Source: Chloroflexi bacterium ADurb.Bin180 (GTDB taxonomy: Bacteria > Chloroflexota > Anaerolineae > UBA2200). Taken from it: a stretch of DNA of 64,000 nt. A program made the position numbers and the translations under genes. Location: contig MWCV01000007.1 in assembly GCA_002070215.1 (NCBI GenBank), positions 1,660 to 65,659 of the forward strand. The letters run 5' to 3'. Below are positions 27,364 through 37,476 of this stretch, in pieces; positions within the stretch are counted from its first letter, which is position 1, and every line of letters begins with the position of its first letter. The notes below the pieces were generated by a model. That model was not told the DNA's origin and did no database searches. It worked only from the letters and a program-made list of their open reading frames with translations.

Positions 27364-27825
27364 ATGTGGCACAAAGACCGCGTGCTGGTGCGCAATGTCG
27401 GGCTGGACCAACCGTGGTTCCGCCGGTTCCACGTGACTTTCGACCCTCGCCGTGAGCGCATCTACCCCAACGAGCCTCGTGTGTGGCATCCCCCCACGGA
27501 CGTGTATGAGACGGACAACGACCTCACGGTGAGAATCGAGATCGCTGGCGTGGCAGAGGACGATTTTGAGGTGTACCTGCAGGGCAAGGTGATGACCGTG
27601 CACGGCTTTCGTCACGACCCGGCATCCAAGCTGTCCTATCAACAGATGGAGATCAGCTACGGCGAGTTCCTCAGCCAGGTCTACCTGCCGATGGAGGTCG
27701 ATGAGGACGATGTGCAGGCCAGCTACGAGGACGGCTTCCTGAGCGTCGTGATGCCCAAGGCGCGACGGGAGCACAAGGTCGCGGTGGTCGTGGTGGAACA
27801 CGACCCCACTGTAGATATCCAATGA
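27364..27825 (+). CDS. Hsp20/alpha-crystallin family small heat shock protein
   Basis: 153 aa with the alpha-crystallin domain (DVYETDNDLTVRIEIAGV..., GFLSVVMPKA). Confidence 0.9.
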   Translation: MWHKDRVLVRNVGLDQPWFRRFHVTFDPRRERIYPNEPRVWHPPTDVYETDNDLTVRIEIAGVAEDDFEVYLQGKVMTVHGFRHDPASKLSYQQMEISYGEFLSQVYLPMEVDEDDVQASYEDGFLSVVMPKARREHKVAVVVVEHDPTVDIQ

Positions 27826-27842
27826 CCATAGTGGAGTGAGAT

Positions 27843-30533
27843 GTGATGAGTGAAGAGAACAAGCCAGAGCAGACGCCCCCGGTGCCCCCTCTAGAACCGG
27901 AGAAGGCGGGCGGGCCCCCGGTCATCCCGGAGATACTGCCGATTTTGCCGTTAAAGAATACCGTTGTCTATCCGATCCCGATCCTGCTGCCGCTGATCGT
28001 CGGGCAGCCGCGCTCGATCAAGCTGGTCGATGATGTGGTAGTTGGCAATCGAATGGTGGCACTGGTCGCCCTCAAGGATCCCGGCGTAGAAGAGCCAGGG
28101 CCGGACGATGTCTATCGCGTTGGCTCGGCGGCGGTGATCGCGCGCTTTGCCAAGGCTCCCGATTCAACGATCCGCCTGTTTGTACAGGGCATGGAGCGGA
28201 TCAAAATCGTCGAGTTCACCCAGACCGAGCCGTACATGATGGCCAGGGTCCAGGTCGCGCCGGAAAAGGTCGAGGACACGGTCGAGATCAAGGCGCTGAT
28301 GCACAACACCAGCGAGTTGTTCCGCCGCATGGCTTCGCTGATGCCCTACATCCCGGAAGAGCTGATCATGGCCACCCTGAGCGTGGAGGATCCACGCCAG
28401 TTGGCCTATCTGGTAGCCTCCTACGTGCGTATGGATATGTCCGACGCGCAGACGATCCTCGAGGCCGAGACCATCAGCGACAAGCTGCAAAAGCTCAATA
28501 CCGTGCTGGGCAAGGAACTCGAGGTGCTCGAACTGGGCAAAAAGATCCAGGACCAGGCCCAGGGCGAGATGGAAAAGATGCAGCGTGAGTACTATCTGCG
28601 CGAGCAGCTCAAGGCGATCAAGAAAGAGCTCGGTGAAGAGGATGAGCAGCAGCTCGAAATCAAAGAGCTGACCGACAAGGTGGCCAAGGCGGGCATGCCG
28701 CCCGAAGCAGAGAAGGAAGCCAAACGTGAGCTCGACCGACTGGTCAAAATGCCCTCCGCCGCGGCGGAGTACTCGGTCATCAAGACCTATCTGGACTGGC
28801 TGGTCAGCCTGCCCTGGCAGGTGGCCACCACGGACAATCTGGACATCAGGCGGGTCAGGCAGGTGCTCGACGAGGACCACTATGATTTGGAAAAGCTGAA
28901 GGAGCGCATTCTCGAATACCTGGCTGTGCGCAAACTGCGTCAGGAGCGCAAGCAGGTGCTGGAGCAGCAGGCGACAGAAAAAGATGAGGCGCAGCCCGAA
29001 AACGCCGAGGTCGTCTCGCCGCAGCCAGAGCCAGCGCCGGCAGGGGCCGCCGAGCCCGAGTCAGGCCCTGACGCCGAGACGCCGGTGGACCATATCCGGA
29101 TGGAGCGGGAAGGGGTCATCCTCTGCTTTGTCGGACCGCCTGGCACTGGCAAGACCTCGCTGGGCCAGAGCATCGCCCGGGCTATGGGCCGCAAGTTCAC
29201 CCGTATGTCGCTGGGCGGCATGCGTGACGAGGCCGAGATCCGTGGCCACAGGCGAACCTACATCGGCGCCATGCCGGGACGAATCATCCAGGCTATCAAG
29301 CGAGTTGGCTCCAAGAACCCCGTCTTTATGCTCGACGAAGTGGACAAGATCGGCATGGACTGGCGTGGTGACCCATCGTCGGCCTTGCTCGAGGTGCTAG
29401 ACCCGGAACAAAACCGCGACTTTCGCGATCATTACCTGGATGTCCCCTTCGACCTGTCGCAGGTGATGTTCATCACCACCGCCAATCTGCTGGACCCGAT
29501 CCCGGAGCCACTCAAGGACCGCATGGAAATCCTGCAGCTATCCGGCTACACGGAAGAGGAAAAAGTCCGCATTGCCTATGGCTACCTGATTCCCCGCGAG
29601 ATCCGCGAGAGCGGCCTCAAGCCTGACGAGATCGAGTTCAGTGAAGCGGCCCTGCAAAAGATCATCCGCGACTATACGCGTGAGGCGGGCCTGCGCAACC
29701 TGGAGCGGGAGATTGGCTCGGTGTGTCGCAAGGTGGCCACCAAGATCGCCGAGGGAGAGGCCACGGGCAAGGCGCTGATCACTCCAGAAGTGGTCCAAGA
29801 GATGCTGGGCAAACCCAAGTACTTTTTTGAGGCCGCTGAACGGACGATGATCCCTGGCGTCGCCACCGGCCTAGCCTGGACCGTCACCGGGGGAGACATC
29901 CTCTTCATCGAAGCGACGCGCATGCCAGGCGGCAAGGGCTTTATGGTGACAGGGCAGCTCGGTGAGGTGATGAAAGAATCGGCTCAGGCAGCGCTCAGCT
30001 ATGTGCGTTCCAAGGCAAAAGACCTGGGCATTCCCGACGACGCCTTTGCCAAAAGCGACATCCATCTGCACGTGCCGTCCGGAGCGATCCCCAAGGACGG
30101 CCCGTCCGCCGGCGTAACCATGGCCACGGCTCTGGTATCGCTGCTAACGGGAAAGCCAGTGAATCCCAAAGTGGGCATGACCGGAGAGATCACCCTGCGC
30201 GGTCAGGTGCTGCCCATTGGCGGGATCAAAGAAAAGACGCTGGCTGCCAGGCGGGCCGGTCTGAGCACGGTGGTTCTGCCACGGCGCAACGAGGCGGACC
30301 TGGATGAGCTGCCAGAGGACGTGCGCAAGGAGATGAAATTCGTTCTCGCTGATCGGGTAGAGGACGTACTCGCGGCCGCTCTGGTCGGCGGGCTGCCGGG
30401 GCCAGGCAGCAAAAAAACGAGACAGACCAAGAGACTCGCGGAGAGTGGCGAAGCGGTCAAGCCGAACGCCGAACAACCAGCAACAAAGAGGAGGAAGAAA
30501 TCAAACCAAAGTGGCCAGACGAAGAAGGAGTAG
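27843..30533 (+). CDS. lon: ATP-dependent Lon protease (LonA) with Lys-rich C-terminal tail
   Basis: N-terminal LON substrate-binding domain ([14 protein letters not shown]), AAA+ GPPGTGKTS Walker A, S16 protease domain with PKDGPSAG catalytic Ser; extra [12 protein letters not shown]...[15 protein letters not shown] tail. Confidence 0.95.
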   Translation: MMSEENKPEQTPPVPPLEPEKAGGPPVIPEILPILPLKNTVVYPIPILLPLIVGQPRSIKLVDDVVVGNRMVALVALKDPGVEEPGPDDVYRVGSAAVIARFAKAPDSTIRLFVQGMERIKIVEFTQTEPYMMARVQVAPEKVEDTVEIKALMHNTSELFRRMASLMPYIPEELIMATLSVEDPRQLAYLVASYVRMDMSDAQTILEAETISDKLQKLNTVLGKELEVLELGKKIQDQAQGEMEKMQREYYLREQLKAIKKELGEEDEQQLEIKELTDKVAKAGMPPEAEKEAKRELDRLVKMPSAAAEYSVIKTYLDWLVSLPWQVATTDNLDIRRVRQVLDEDHYDLEKLKERILEYLAVRKLRQERKQVLEQQATEKDEAQPENAEVVSPQPEPAPAGAAEPESGPDAETPVDHIRMEREGVILCFVGPPGTGKTSLGQSIARAMGRKFTRMSLGGMRDEAEIRGHRRTYIGAMPGRIIQAIKRVGSKNPVFMLDEVDKIGMDWRGDPSSALLEVLDPEQNRDFRDHYLDVPFDLSQVMFITTANLLDPIPEPLKDRMEILQLSGYTEEEKVRIAYGYLIPREIRESGLKPDEIEFSEAALQKIIRDYTREAGLRNLEREIGSVCRKVATKIAEGEATGKALITPEVVQEMLGKPKYFFEAAERTMIPGVATGLAWTVTGGDILFIEATRMPGGKGFMVTGQLGEVMKESAQAALSYVRSKAKDLGIPDDAFAKSDIHLHVPSGAIPKDGPSAGVTMATALVSLLTGKPVNPKVGMTGEITLRGQVLPIGGIKEKTLAARRAGLSTVVLPRRNEADLDELPEDVRKEMKFVLADRVEDVLAAALVGGLPGPGSKKTRQTKRLAESGEAVKPNAEQPATKRRKKSNQSGQTKKE

Positions 30534-30540
30534 TCAGCAG

Positions 30541-32271
30541 ATGACCTGGCGACGTGTCGACCTGCATATACACACACTTGCGTCGCAAATGTGTTACCAA
30601 CAACCGAATACCACCTATCTCAAGATCCTGCAAAAGGCCGAGGAAAAAGGGCTGGATATCATTGCCCTGACCGACCACAATACTGTGGCCGGTATCGATG
30701 CCATTCGCAGCCGCATTGAGGAGCTGGAGCTCCTTGAGCGACTAAAGCGGCTGCGCGACGATGAGCGGCGCGAGCTGGAAGACTATCGCCGTTTGGGCCG
30801 CAAAATGCTGATCCTGCCCGGATTCGAATTCACCGCCACGCTGGGGTTCCATATTCTGGGCATTTTCCCGCCCGAGACCCCGGTGCGCGAACTCGAGCAC
30901 CTGCTGCTCAACCTGCGCATTCCCGCTGACCGGCTCGATCAAGGCTCCAGCGAGGTGGGCGCTACAGTCGATGTGATCACTGCTTATCGAACCATTGCCG
31001 AAGCAGGGGGGCTGGTCATTGCCGCCCATGCCGATTCTACCCATGGCGTTGCCATGCGCGGGTTTGACTTTGGTGGCCAGACCAAGATTGCCTACACGCA
31101 GGATCCCAACCTGCACGCGCTCGAGGTTACCGACCTGATGGAATCGGGCCGGCGCACAACGGCGTCTTTCTACGACGGTTCCAAGCCAGAGTACCCACGT
31201 CGTATGCACTGTATTCAGGGCTCTGATGCGCATCGTCTGGACCGCGACCCGCGTGACAAGCACTCCCTGGGCATTGGCGACCGGGTGACCGAGATCGACC
31301 TGCCGGAAGTGAGCTTTGAGGCGCTCAAGGCGGTGTTCCTGGGCAAGGATTTCACGCGCACACGCCCTTACCAGCCCGCCCTGGCAGTGGACTATGTGCG
31401 CGCCGCTCAGGAGCGCGGGCCGACTATCGTCCAGTCGTTCCACGACGGGTTCTCGCGTCAGGGCGGCCGGCTGCAGGCGATCCTGCGCGATGTGGTGGCT
31501 TTTGCCAACACCAATGGCGGCACCCTCTATGTCGGGGCCAGCGCCAAGAAGGGCTCGCAGGTGAGCGGTGTGGATCGCCCGGATGAGGCGAGCCGCGTGG
31601 TGGCTGATGCCGTGGGCCGCGCCGTTGCCCCGCCGCTGGACGTGGACATCGACCAGCTCAAGTCGCAGGGCAAGACGGTCCTGCGGGTGACCGTGCCCAA
31701 GGGCGATAACCCGCCCTATGCGCTGGATGGAGTCGAAGTCTACATCCGCCAGGAAGCCGAGACCAGCAGGGCCATGCGCGACGAGATCGTGCAACTGGTG
31801 CGCAAGTCCATTGTTGGTGCGCCATCAGCACAGGCAGCCCCGGCGGCTCAGGCGGCCGCGGCGCCTGCTACCGTTGCAAAGCCACCCGCTGTTGCCGCGG
31901 CGCCGGCCGACGAGCACCTGATCCCCCCGCCGCGAACTGGAGTGGAGATTGTCGAGGTCACCGAGCGCGAAGGCACCAAGTACTACACGGTGCGTGACCT
32001 GCGCAATCGCAACGTGGTCCAGAATGTAACCCGCATGTCTGCCCGTCGGCTGTGGCGCTATGCCATCACCGAGAACGAGAGTGCGCCGGTGCAGGAGGAC
32101 AAGGTGACCTGGCGGGGAAGCATCGGCCTGGTCAAGGCCTATCGCCGCGCCGGACGCAAGTTCTACGACATGGCTCAACGGGGCAGTGACGGTCACCTCC
32201 ATCTCTACTACGGGGTTACGGACGACGGCATCCACGGCGACTGGAAACAGTTCGTCGCGCAGCCACAGTAG
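30541..32271 (+). CDS. PHP-domain phosphoesterase fused to AlbA_2 (Schlafen-like) DNA-binding domain and an uncharacterized C-terminal domain
   Basis: [10 protein letters not shown] and LTDHNT PHP metal-binding motifs; mid region [16 protein letters not shown] (AlbA_2); Ala/Pro linker; ~120-aa unknown C-terminal domain. GAAGGAG RBS 10 nt before ATG at 30541, 8 nt after the lon stop. Confidence 0.7.
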   Translation: MTWRRVDLHIHTLASQMCYQQPNTTYLKILQKAEEKGLDIIALTDHNTVAGIDAIRSRIEELELLERLKRLRDDERRELEDYRRLGRKMLILPGFEFTATLGFHILGIFPPETPVRELEHLLLNLRIPADRLDQGSSEVGATVDVITAYRTIAEAGGLVIAAHADSTHGVAMRGFDFGGQTKIAYTQDPNLHALEVTDLMESGRRTTASFYDGSKPEYPRRMHCIQGSDAHRLDRDPRDKHSLGIGDRVTEIDLPEVSFEALKAVFLGKDFTRTRPYQPALAVDYVRAAQERGPTIVQSFHDGFSRQGGRLQAILRDVVAFANTNGGTLYVGASAKKGSQVSGVDRPDEASRVVADAVGRAVAPPLDVDIDQLKSQGKTVLRVTVPKGDNPPYALDGVEVYIRQEAETSRAMRDEIVQLVRKSIVGAPSAQAAPAAQAAAAPATVAKPPAVAAAPADEHLIPPPRTGVEIVEVTEREGTKYYTVRDLRNRNVVQNVTRMSARRLWRYAITENESAPVQEDKVTWRGSIGLVKAYRRAGRKFYDMAQRGSDGHLHLYYGVTDDGIHGDWKQFVAQPQ

Positions 32272-32286
32272 GCAGTGAGAACGACG

Positions 32287-32328
32287 CCCCGCGGGTCGGG
32301 TCGAAACGACTGACCCGCGGGGTTCTGG
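32287..32328 (+). terminator. Intrinsic terminator after the PHP-AlbA_2 gene
   Basis: ccccgcgggtc-(14 nt)-gacccgcgggg gives an 11-bp stem followed by TTCTGG. Confidence 0.55.
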
Positions 32329-32373
32329 CCTGCTGTCACGCCGTTGCTCGCACCTTGAGAAAGGCGCTAGCCA

Positions 32374-33333
32374 ATGATCGAGTTCGTCTTCCTCGGGACC
32401 TCCGCCTCCGCGCCATCCGTCGAACGAGGGCTCTCTGCGGCGATGGTGATGCACGATGACCAGCGCTTTCTGGTGGACTGCGGAGAAGGCACCCAGAGGC
32501 AGATCCTGCGCAGCGGCCTGGGCTTTAAACGCCTGGACAAGGTCCTGCTGACCCACGGCCACCTGGACCATATCCTGGGGCTGGGAGGTCTGGTTTCGAC
32601 GTTCGCCCGCTGGGAGGCAGGTACGGATCTGTCTATCTATGCCGGGGGCTGGGCTCTCGAGCGCGTGCGCGACCTGATGAACGTAGTGCTGCGCGGCGGA
32701 GAGGTACAACTGAGGATCGACTACCAGGAGCTCAAGCCCGGCGTCATCTGGAAGCGCCGCGGCCTGACCGTGCGCGCCTTCCCTGTGGTGCACCGGGGGC
32801 CGGGCTGTTTTGGATTTGTCTTTGAAGAGGACAGCCACCGGCCGTTCCTGGCCGAAGAGGCCGAGCGGCTCGGCGTGCCCTCTGGCCCGGAGCGCCGGCT
32901 GCTGGTCAGCGGACAGGCAATCGCCCTGGCCGACGGCCGCGTTATTCAGGCCGAACAGGTGCTGGGTCCGCTCATCCCTGGCGTCAAGCTGGCCTGGGTG
33001 GGCGATGCGGCAGAGACGGACAGCCTGGTCGAGCACGTCGCCGGCGCGGATGCCCTGGTCATCGAGGCCACCTACCTGGACGTAGAAGCGGATATGGCCC
33101 AGCGCTTTGGTCACCTTACCGCGTCGCAGGCGGCCACCCTGGCCTATGAGGCCGGCGTGAAAAAGCTCTATCTCACGCACATCTCGCGGCGCTATTCTGC
33201 CAGCCAGGCCAAAGCTGAGGCCGAGCCGATCTTTCCCAACGTGGTCGTGGCCAGAGATCTGGATTCGTTCCGCGTGTGCCGCACGGATGAAGCAGGGCTG
33301 GAAGCACCCGCTGCCAGCCAGGAGAAACAATAG
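32374..33333 (+). CDS. rnz: Ribonuclease Z (tRNA 3' endonuclease, MBL fold)
   Basis: LGTSASAPS...LLTHGHLDH metallo-beta-lactamase motif, ~319 aa, RNase Z-like C-terminal HxSxRY. Confidence 0.85.
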   Translation: MIEFVFLGTSASAPSVERGLSAAMVMHDDQRFLVDCGEGTQRQILRSGLGFKRLDKVLLTHGHLDHILGLGGLVSTFARWEAGTDLSIYAGGWALERVRDLMNVVLRGGEVQLRIDYQELKPGVIWKRRGLTVRAFPVVHRGPGCFGFVFEEDSHRPFLAEEAERLGVPSGPERRLLVSGQAIALADGRVIQAEQVLGPLIPGVKLAWVGDAAETDSLVEHVAGADALVIEATYLDVEADMAQRFGHLTASQAATLAYEAGVKKLYLTHISRRYSASQAKAEAEPIFPNVVVARDLDSFRVCRTDEAGLEAPAASQEKQ

Positions 33334-33335
33334 CG

Positions 33336-34679
33336 GTGAGCCTGCGTTCTTGCCTCGCGACCCTGGAACAAACCGGTGAGCTGCAGACCGTCCAGCAGGA
33401 GGTCGACCCGACACTGGAGATGGCCCGTGTTATCTCTGCGCTGGACGAGCGGCCGGTGCTCTTCCCTTGGGTCAAGGGATCACGCTTCGCTGTCGTCGCC
33501 GGGTTCAATGCGCGTCGCGAGCACGTGGGCCAGTGCCTGGGCGTGCCGCGGCAGCAGCTCATCGCCGCTATGCGTTCGGCATTGCAGCACCCTGTGCCTC
33601 CGCCGATGGTGACCTCAGCGCCGTGCCAGGAGGTGGTAGAGGACCAGGTCAACCTGTTCGACCTGCCGGTGCTGCTTCACCTGCCAATGGACGGCGGGCA
33701 CTACATCTCGGCCGGAGTGGTCATCGTCCGCGACCGCGACCTGGGGCGCAATATGAGCTTTCATCGCCTGCTGCGCCTGGATGAGCGGCGGCTGGGCGCG
33801 CGCCTGGTGGAGGGCAGGGGTACGCACGCGGCACTCGCCAAAGCGGGCGGCAAGCTGGAGTTGGCCATTTGCATCGGCAACTCGCCGGCTGTGCTGCTCG
33901 CCGCTGCCACCAGCCCGGCGCCGGGAGTCGACGAGCTGGCTATTGCCAATGCCCTGCAGCCGACGCCGCTGGTCAAGTGCCGCACGGTCGACCTGGAGGT
34001 GCCCGCAGAGGCCGAGTTTGTGCTGGAGGGCCGCTTCACGGGCGAGCTGGTGACCGAGGGGCCCTTCCTGGACCTGACGGAAACGATGGACCGGGTGCGG
34101 CAGCAGCCGGTGCTCGAAGTGACCTGCCTCACGCACCGGCGCGAGGCCATCTATCAGGCCCTGCTGCCGGGCGGGCTGGAGCACAAGCTGCTGATGGGCA
34201 TGCCCCGCGAACCCACGATCTTTGACGAGGTGAGCCGGGTCTGCGAGTGCAAGGACGTGCTGCTCACGCCTGGCGGGGGTGCCTGGCTTCACGCCGTGGT
34301 CCAGATTCACAAGCGAGGCCCCGACGACGGGCGCCTGGCTCTGGAGGCGGCGTTCCGCGGGCACGGCTCACTCAAGCACGCCTGCGTAGTGGATGATGAT
34401 GTCGACATCTCTGACCCGCGCCAGGTCGAATGGGCCATCGCCACGAGGGTGCAGGCGGACACGAGCATCGTCATTTGGCCGGATCAGCCAGGCAGCTCGC
34501 TGGATCCCTCGGCGCACCACGAACCAGGTGTCAGGTCGCGGACGGCCAAGATGGGCGTTGACGCCACCATTCCCTGGCGCAAACCAGACGGCGAGCTGCG
34601 CACCGCAAAAGAGCGGGCCCAGTTCCGCCGCAGCGGCTATGAGCCAGTCTCACTGGACCAGTACAGGCTGCACTGGTAA
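33336..34679 (+). CDS. UbiD-family prFMN-dependent decarboxylase (candidate trans-anhydromevalonate 5-phosphate decarboxylase)
   Basis: 447 aa UbiD-like; clustered with aconitase-X subunits and isopentenyl phosphate kinase, as in the archaeal alternative mevalonate pathway. Confidence 0.7.
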   Translation: MSLRSCLATLEQTGELQTVQQEVDPTLEMARVISALDERPVLFPWVKGSRFAVVAGFNARREHVGQCLGVPRQQLIAAMRSALQHPVPPPMVTSAPCQEVVEDQVNLFDLPVLLHLPMDGGHYISAGVVIVRDRDLGRNMSFHRLLRLDERRLGARLVEGRGTHAALAKAGGKLELAICIGNSPAVLLAAATSPAPGVDELAIANALQPTPLVKCRTVDLEVPAEAEFVLEGRFTGELVTEGPFLDLTETMDRVRQQPVLEVTCLTHRREAIYQALLPGGLEHKLLMGMPREPTIFDEVSRVCECKDVLLTPGGGAWLHAVVQIHKRGPDDGRLALEAAFRGHGSLKHACVVDDDVDISDPRQVEWAIATRVQADTSIVIWPDQPGSSLDPSAHHEPGVRSRTAKMGVDATIPWRKPDGELRTAKERAQFRRSGYEPVSLDQYRLHW

Positions 34680-34739
34680 CACTTGTGGGGGTTTGCGCCG
34701 GCCAGTTGACTATCGCCACGCTTTGCATAGAGTACAGCC

Positions 34740-34961
34740 ATGCGCAAACTGACCAAACGTCTGTTGTGGGGCCTGGCCCTGATCTTTGCCTTTGTCATCA
34801 TCTGGCAGAAGGTGCACTTTGTGGTGGTCATTCACGCCACCTTCTGGCAGCTCCTGCTCCTGTTTTTGGGGCTGGCCGCGGGCATTTACCTCGTTTTTGA
34901 GGTCCTCTTCGGCGATTCGGACCCCGGTCCGCGGGGCGGTGCGGCCCGCGACGAGTCATGA
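34740..34961 (+). CDS. Small hydrophobic membrane protein (hypothetical)
   Basis: 73 aa with two predicted TM helices; stop overlaps start of acnX-large (ATGA). Confidence 0.4.
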   Translation: MRKLTKRLLWGLALIFAFVIIWQKVHFVVVIHATFWQLLLLFLGLAAGIYLVFEVLFGDSDPGPRGGAARDES

Positions 34962-36214
34962 ACCTGACTCAGGCCGACCAGGCAATGCTTGATGGCTCCT
35001 TCGGCCCGGCGGTGCAAAAGGCCATGCGTATGGTGGCGGCGCTGGGCAAGATCTTCGGGGCCAACGAGCTGGTGCCTGTTGGCAGCGCTCAGGTCTCGGG
35101 AGTGAGCTACAAGAACCTCGGCGACGCTGGCCTCGAGTTCCTCGAAGACTGGGCAGCGCAGGGGGCGCGGGTTCGTGTGCCCGCACTGATGAATCCGGCC
35201 GGCATGGATCTGGAGCGCTGGCGCGAGATGGGCATTTCGGCCGAGTTCGCGGCCAGACAGCAGCGGGTGGTGGCTGCGCTCACGACGATGGGTGTCACCG
35301 CGACCTGCACATGCACCCCCTATCTGGTCGGCTATGAGCCTGGAGCCGGTGAACATCTGGCCTGGAGCGAGTCCTCTGCCGTCAGCTACGCGAACTCGGT
35401 GCTGGGCGCGCGCACCAACCGGGAGGGCGGGCCTGGCGCGCTGGCTGCGGCCATCGTTGGTCGCACGGCGGCCTATGGCCTGCATCTGCCCGAACGCAGA
35501 AAAGCCACGCATCTCATCGATGTCTCCTGTGCCCTGGCCGGTCCCGCCGACTATGGTGCCCTGGGCTACTGGGTGGGTGGACAGGTTGCGGACGGAGTGC
35601 CCTACTTTCGCTTGCACGCGCCGGGGCGTAGGCCAGAGCAGGAAGAGTTGATGGCTCTGGGTGCGGCGATGGGAGCGAGCGGCGCAGTAGCCCTCTATCA
35701 CATCGAGGGCGTAACGCCCGAAGCCGAGTTCGCCCGGTCGGCGCTGAAGGATTGCGCTCCAACCAGGCTGGTGGTGAGGGACCTGGCTGCGGCCTTTGCG
35801 GCCCTCAACTCGCCGCTGGAGCACATTGATTTCGTGAGCCTCGGCTGCCCACACAGCACCCTGGCCGACATAGAGCGAGTGGCGGCGCTGGTCAAAGGGC
35901 GTCGCGTGCGGGCCACCCTGTGGGTTACTACCTCGAGAGGCGTCGCGGCCCGGGCCAGAGAGAGCGGAGCCGTGGATACGATTGAGGCGTCTGGCGCGCG
36001 CGTGTTCGCGGATACCTGCCTGGTGGTTGCACCAGTTGAGGAGTTGGGCTTTCGCGCGATGGCCACCAACTCGGCCAAAGCGGCGTTCTACGCGCCGACT
36101 CACTCGAGAATCGAGAGGCGCTTTGGCACGCTTGAGCAGTGCGTAGCTGCCGCGCTGAGCGGTGAGTGGCCGCCACAGGACGCGGTCGCTGGAAGTGGCT
36201 CATGCTGCGCCTGA
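34958..36214 (+). CDS. Aconitase X catalytic (large) subunit; candidate phosphomevalonate dehydratase large subunit
   Basis: 418 aa AcnX/DUF521-like; followed by the AcnX swivel-domain small subunit and IPK. Confidence 0.7.
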   Translation: MNLTQADQAMLDGSFGPAVQKAMRMVAALGKIFGANELVPVGSAQVSGVSYKNLGDAGLEFLEDWAAQGARVRVPALMNPAGMDLERWREMGISAEFAARQQRVVAALTTMGVTATCTCTPYLVGYEPGAGEHLAWSESSAVSYANSVLGARTNREGGPGALAAAIVGRTAAYGLHLPERRKATHLIDVSCALAGPADYGALGYWVGGQVADGVPYFRLHAPGRRPEQEELMALGAAMGASGAVALYHIEGVTPEAEFARSALKDCAPTRLVVRDLAAAFAALNSPLEHIDFVSLGCPHSTLADIERVAALVKGRRVRATLWVTTSRGVAARARESGAVDTIEASGARVFADTCLVVAPVEELGFRAMATNSAKAAFYAPTHSRIERRFGTLEQCVAAALSGEWPPQDAVAGSGSCCA

Positions 36215-36588
36215 TTGGACGCGTGATCCAGCCAGGCGAGGCGGAAGGAGAGGCGCTGGTCTCCTCTGCTCCCGTTGGTTTCCTGGGCGGGGTGGACCCG
36301 GACACGGGTATCGTTATCGAGGCGGGACATCCGTTGGTCGGGCAGTGCGTGGCCGGCAAGGTGCTGGTGTTCCCCACGGGCAAAGGCAGTACCGTTGGCT
36401 CCTACACACTCTACCGCCTGGCCACGCGCGGGCTGGCCCCCTGCGCTCTGATCAATGCCCGCAGCGAGGCCATTGTAGCGGTGGGAGCCATTATGGCCGA
36501 GATCCCGATGCTTGACCAGGTCGATATCTCGTTATTCCACAGCGGCGATCACGTGCGCATCAACGGCGAGGAGATTCTCGTTGGATGA
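36202..36588 (+). CDS. Aconitase X swivel-domain (small) subunit; candidate phosphomevalonate dehydratase small subunit
   Basis: ~128 aa DUF126-like (MLRLIGRVIQPGEAEGEALVS...VLVFPTGKGSTVGSY). ATG at 36202 overlaps the large-subunit end by 13 nt. Confidence 0.65.
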   Translation: MLRLIGRVIQPGEAEGEALVSSAPVGFLGGVDPDTGIVIEAGHPLVGQCVAGKVLVFPTGKGSTVGSYTLYRLATRGLAPCALINARSEAIVAVGAIMAEIPMLDQVDISLFHSGDHVRINGEEILVG

Positions 36589-37390
36589 GCTGCTGTTTGT
36601 CAAACTGGGCGGATCTCTGATCACGCGCAAGTCCGCCGCCAGTGCAGCCAGGCCGCGGGTCATCCGCCGGCTGGCGCACGAGATCCGCGGCGCGCTCGAT
36701 GAGGCGCCTGGCCTCAGGCTGGTGCTGGGGCATGGCAGCGGCTCGTTCGGGCATGTGGTGGCGCACCGCTATGCGGTGCAAAGCGGCTGCCACGACTGGC
36801 TGGGCTATGCCCTCACCAGCGCGGCGGCAGCCCGGCTCAATCGCATCGTCGTCGACGCGTTTCTGGAAGAGGGGGTGCCAGTGGTGGCGTTGCAGCCCTC
36901 GGCCTCCGCGCGCTGCCGGGAAGGCAAGCTGGTGGACCTGGCCTGGCAGCCGGTGGCCGAGCTGCTCCAGCATCAGCTCGTGCCCTTGGTCTATGGCGAT
37001 GTCGCCCTGGATGAGGTATGGGGCTCGACGATCATCTCTACGGAGACGATCTTTGCCTGTCTGGCGCATCACCTCCAGCCGACGCGTGTGCTGCTGGTGG
37101 GCGAGGTGCGCGGGGTCTACACGTCCGACCCCCATCTCGACGCGCGGGCGAGGCTGATCACGTACATCGCTGCCGGGCGACAGATGCCCGAATCTGTCGA
37201 CATCGCCGGCTCCAACGCGGTGGACGTGACCGGCGGCATGCACAGCAAGGTCGATATTATGGCCGCGTTGGTTCGTGAACTACCAGGACTGCTGGTTCAG
37301 TTCTTGTCCGGATCTCGCCCGGGGTTGCTGCGCCGCTCGCTGCTCGACCGCGAGTTGAACCCCGGCACTTGTCTCACTGGCCGTCAGTGA
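36581..37390 (+). CDS. Isopentenyl phosphate kinase (amino-acid kinase family)
   Basis: LFVKLGGSLIT and LGHGSGSFGH motifs of IPK. Proposed TTG start at 36581 has GAGGAG 9 nt upstream and overlaps the acnX-small stop; the ORF frame opens at 36512. Confidence 0.7.
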   Translation: MDELLFVKLGGSLITRKSAASAARPRVIRRLAHEIRGALDEAPGLRLVLGHGSGSFGHVVAHRYAVQSGCHDWLGYALTSAAAARLNRIVVDAFLEEGVPVVALQPSASARCREGKLVDLAWQPVAELLQHQLVPLVYGDVALDEVWGSTIISTETIFACLAHHLQPTRVLLVGEVRGVYTSDPHLDARARLITYIAAGRQMPESVDIAGSNAVDVTGGMHSKVDIMAALVRELPGLLVQFLSGSRPGLLRRSLLDRELNPGTCLTGRQ

Positions 37391-37476
37391 GGCTTCCGGA
37401 GTTGCCCCCTGACGGTGACCGCCCGGCTCGTAGTATAATGGCGGTTGGAATCTGGCAAGCGAAAGAATAGGAGCGA

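Noticed and set aside
27843-32271. Lon plus PHP-domain gene pair as a BREX/BrxL-like defence module
   Set aside because: The Lon here is a full-length housekeeping LonA (N domain, AAA+ and S16) directly downstream of hsp20, not a BrxL-type Lon-like protein. No methyltransferase, PglZ or other defence genes are nearby.
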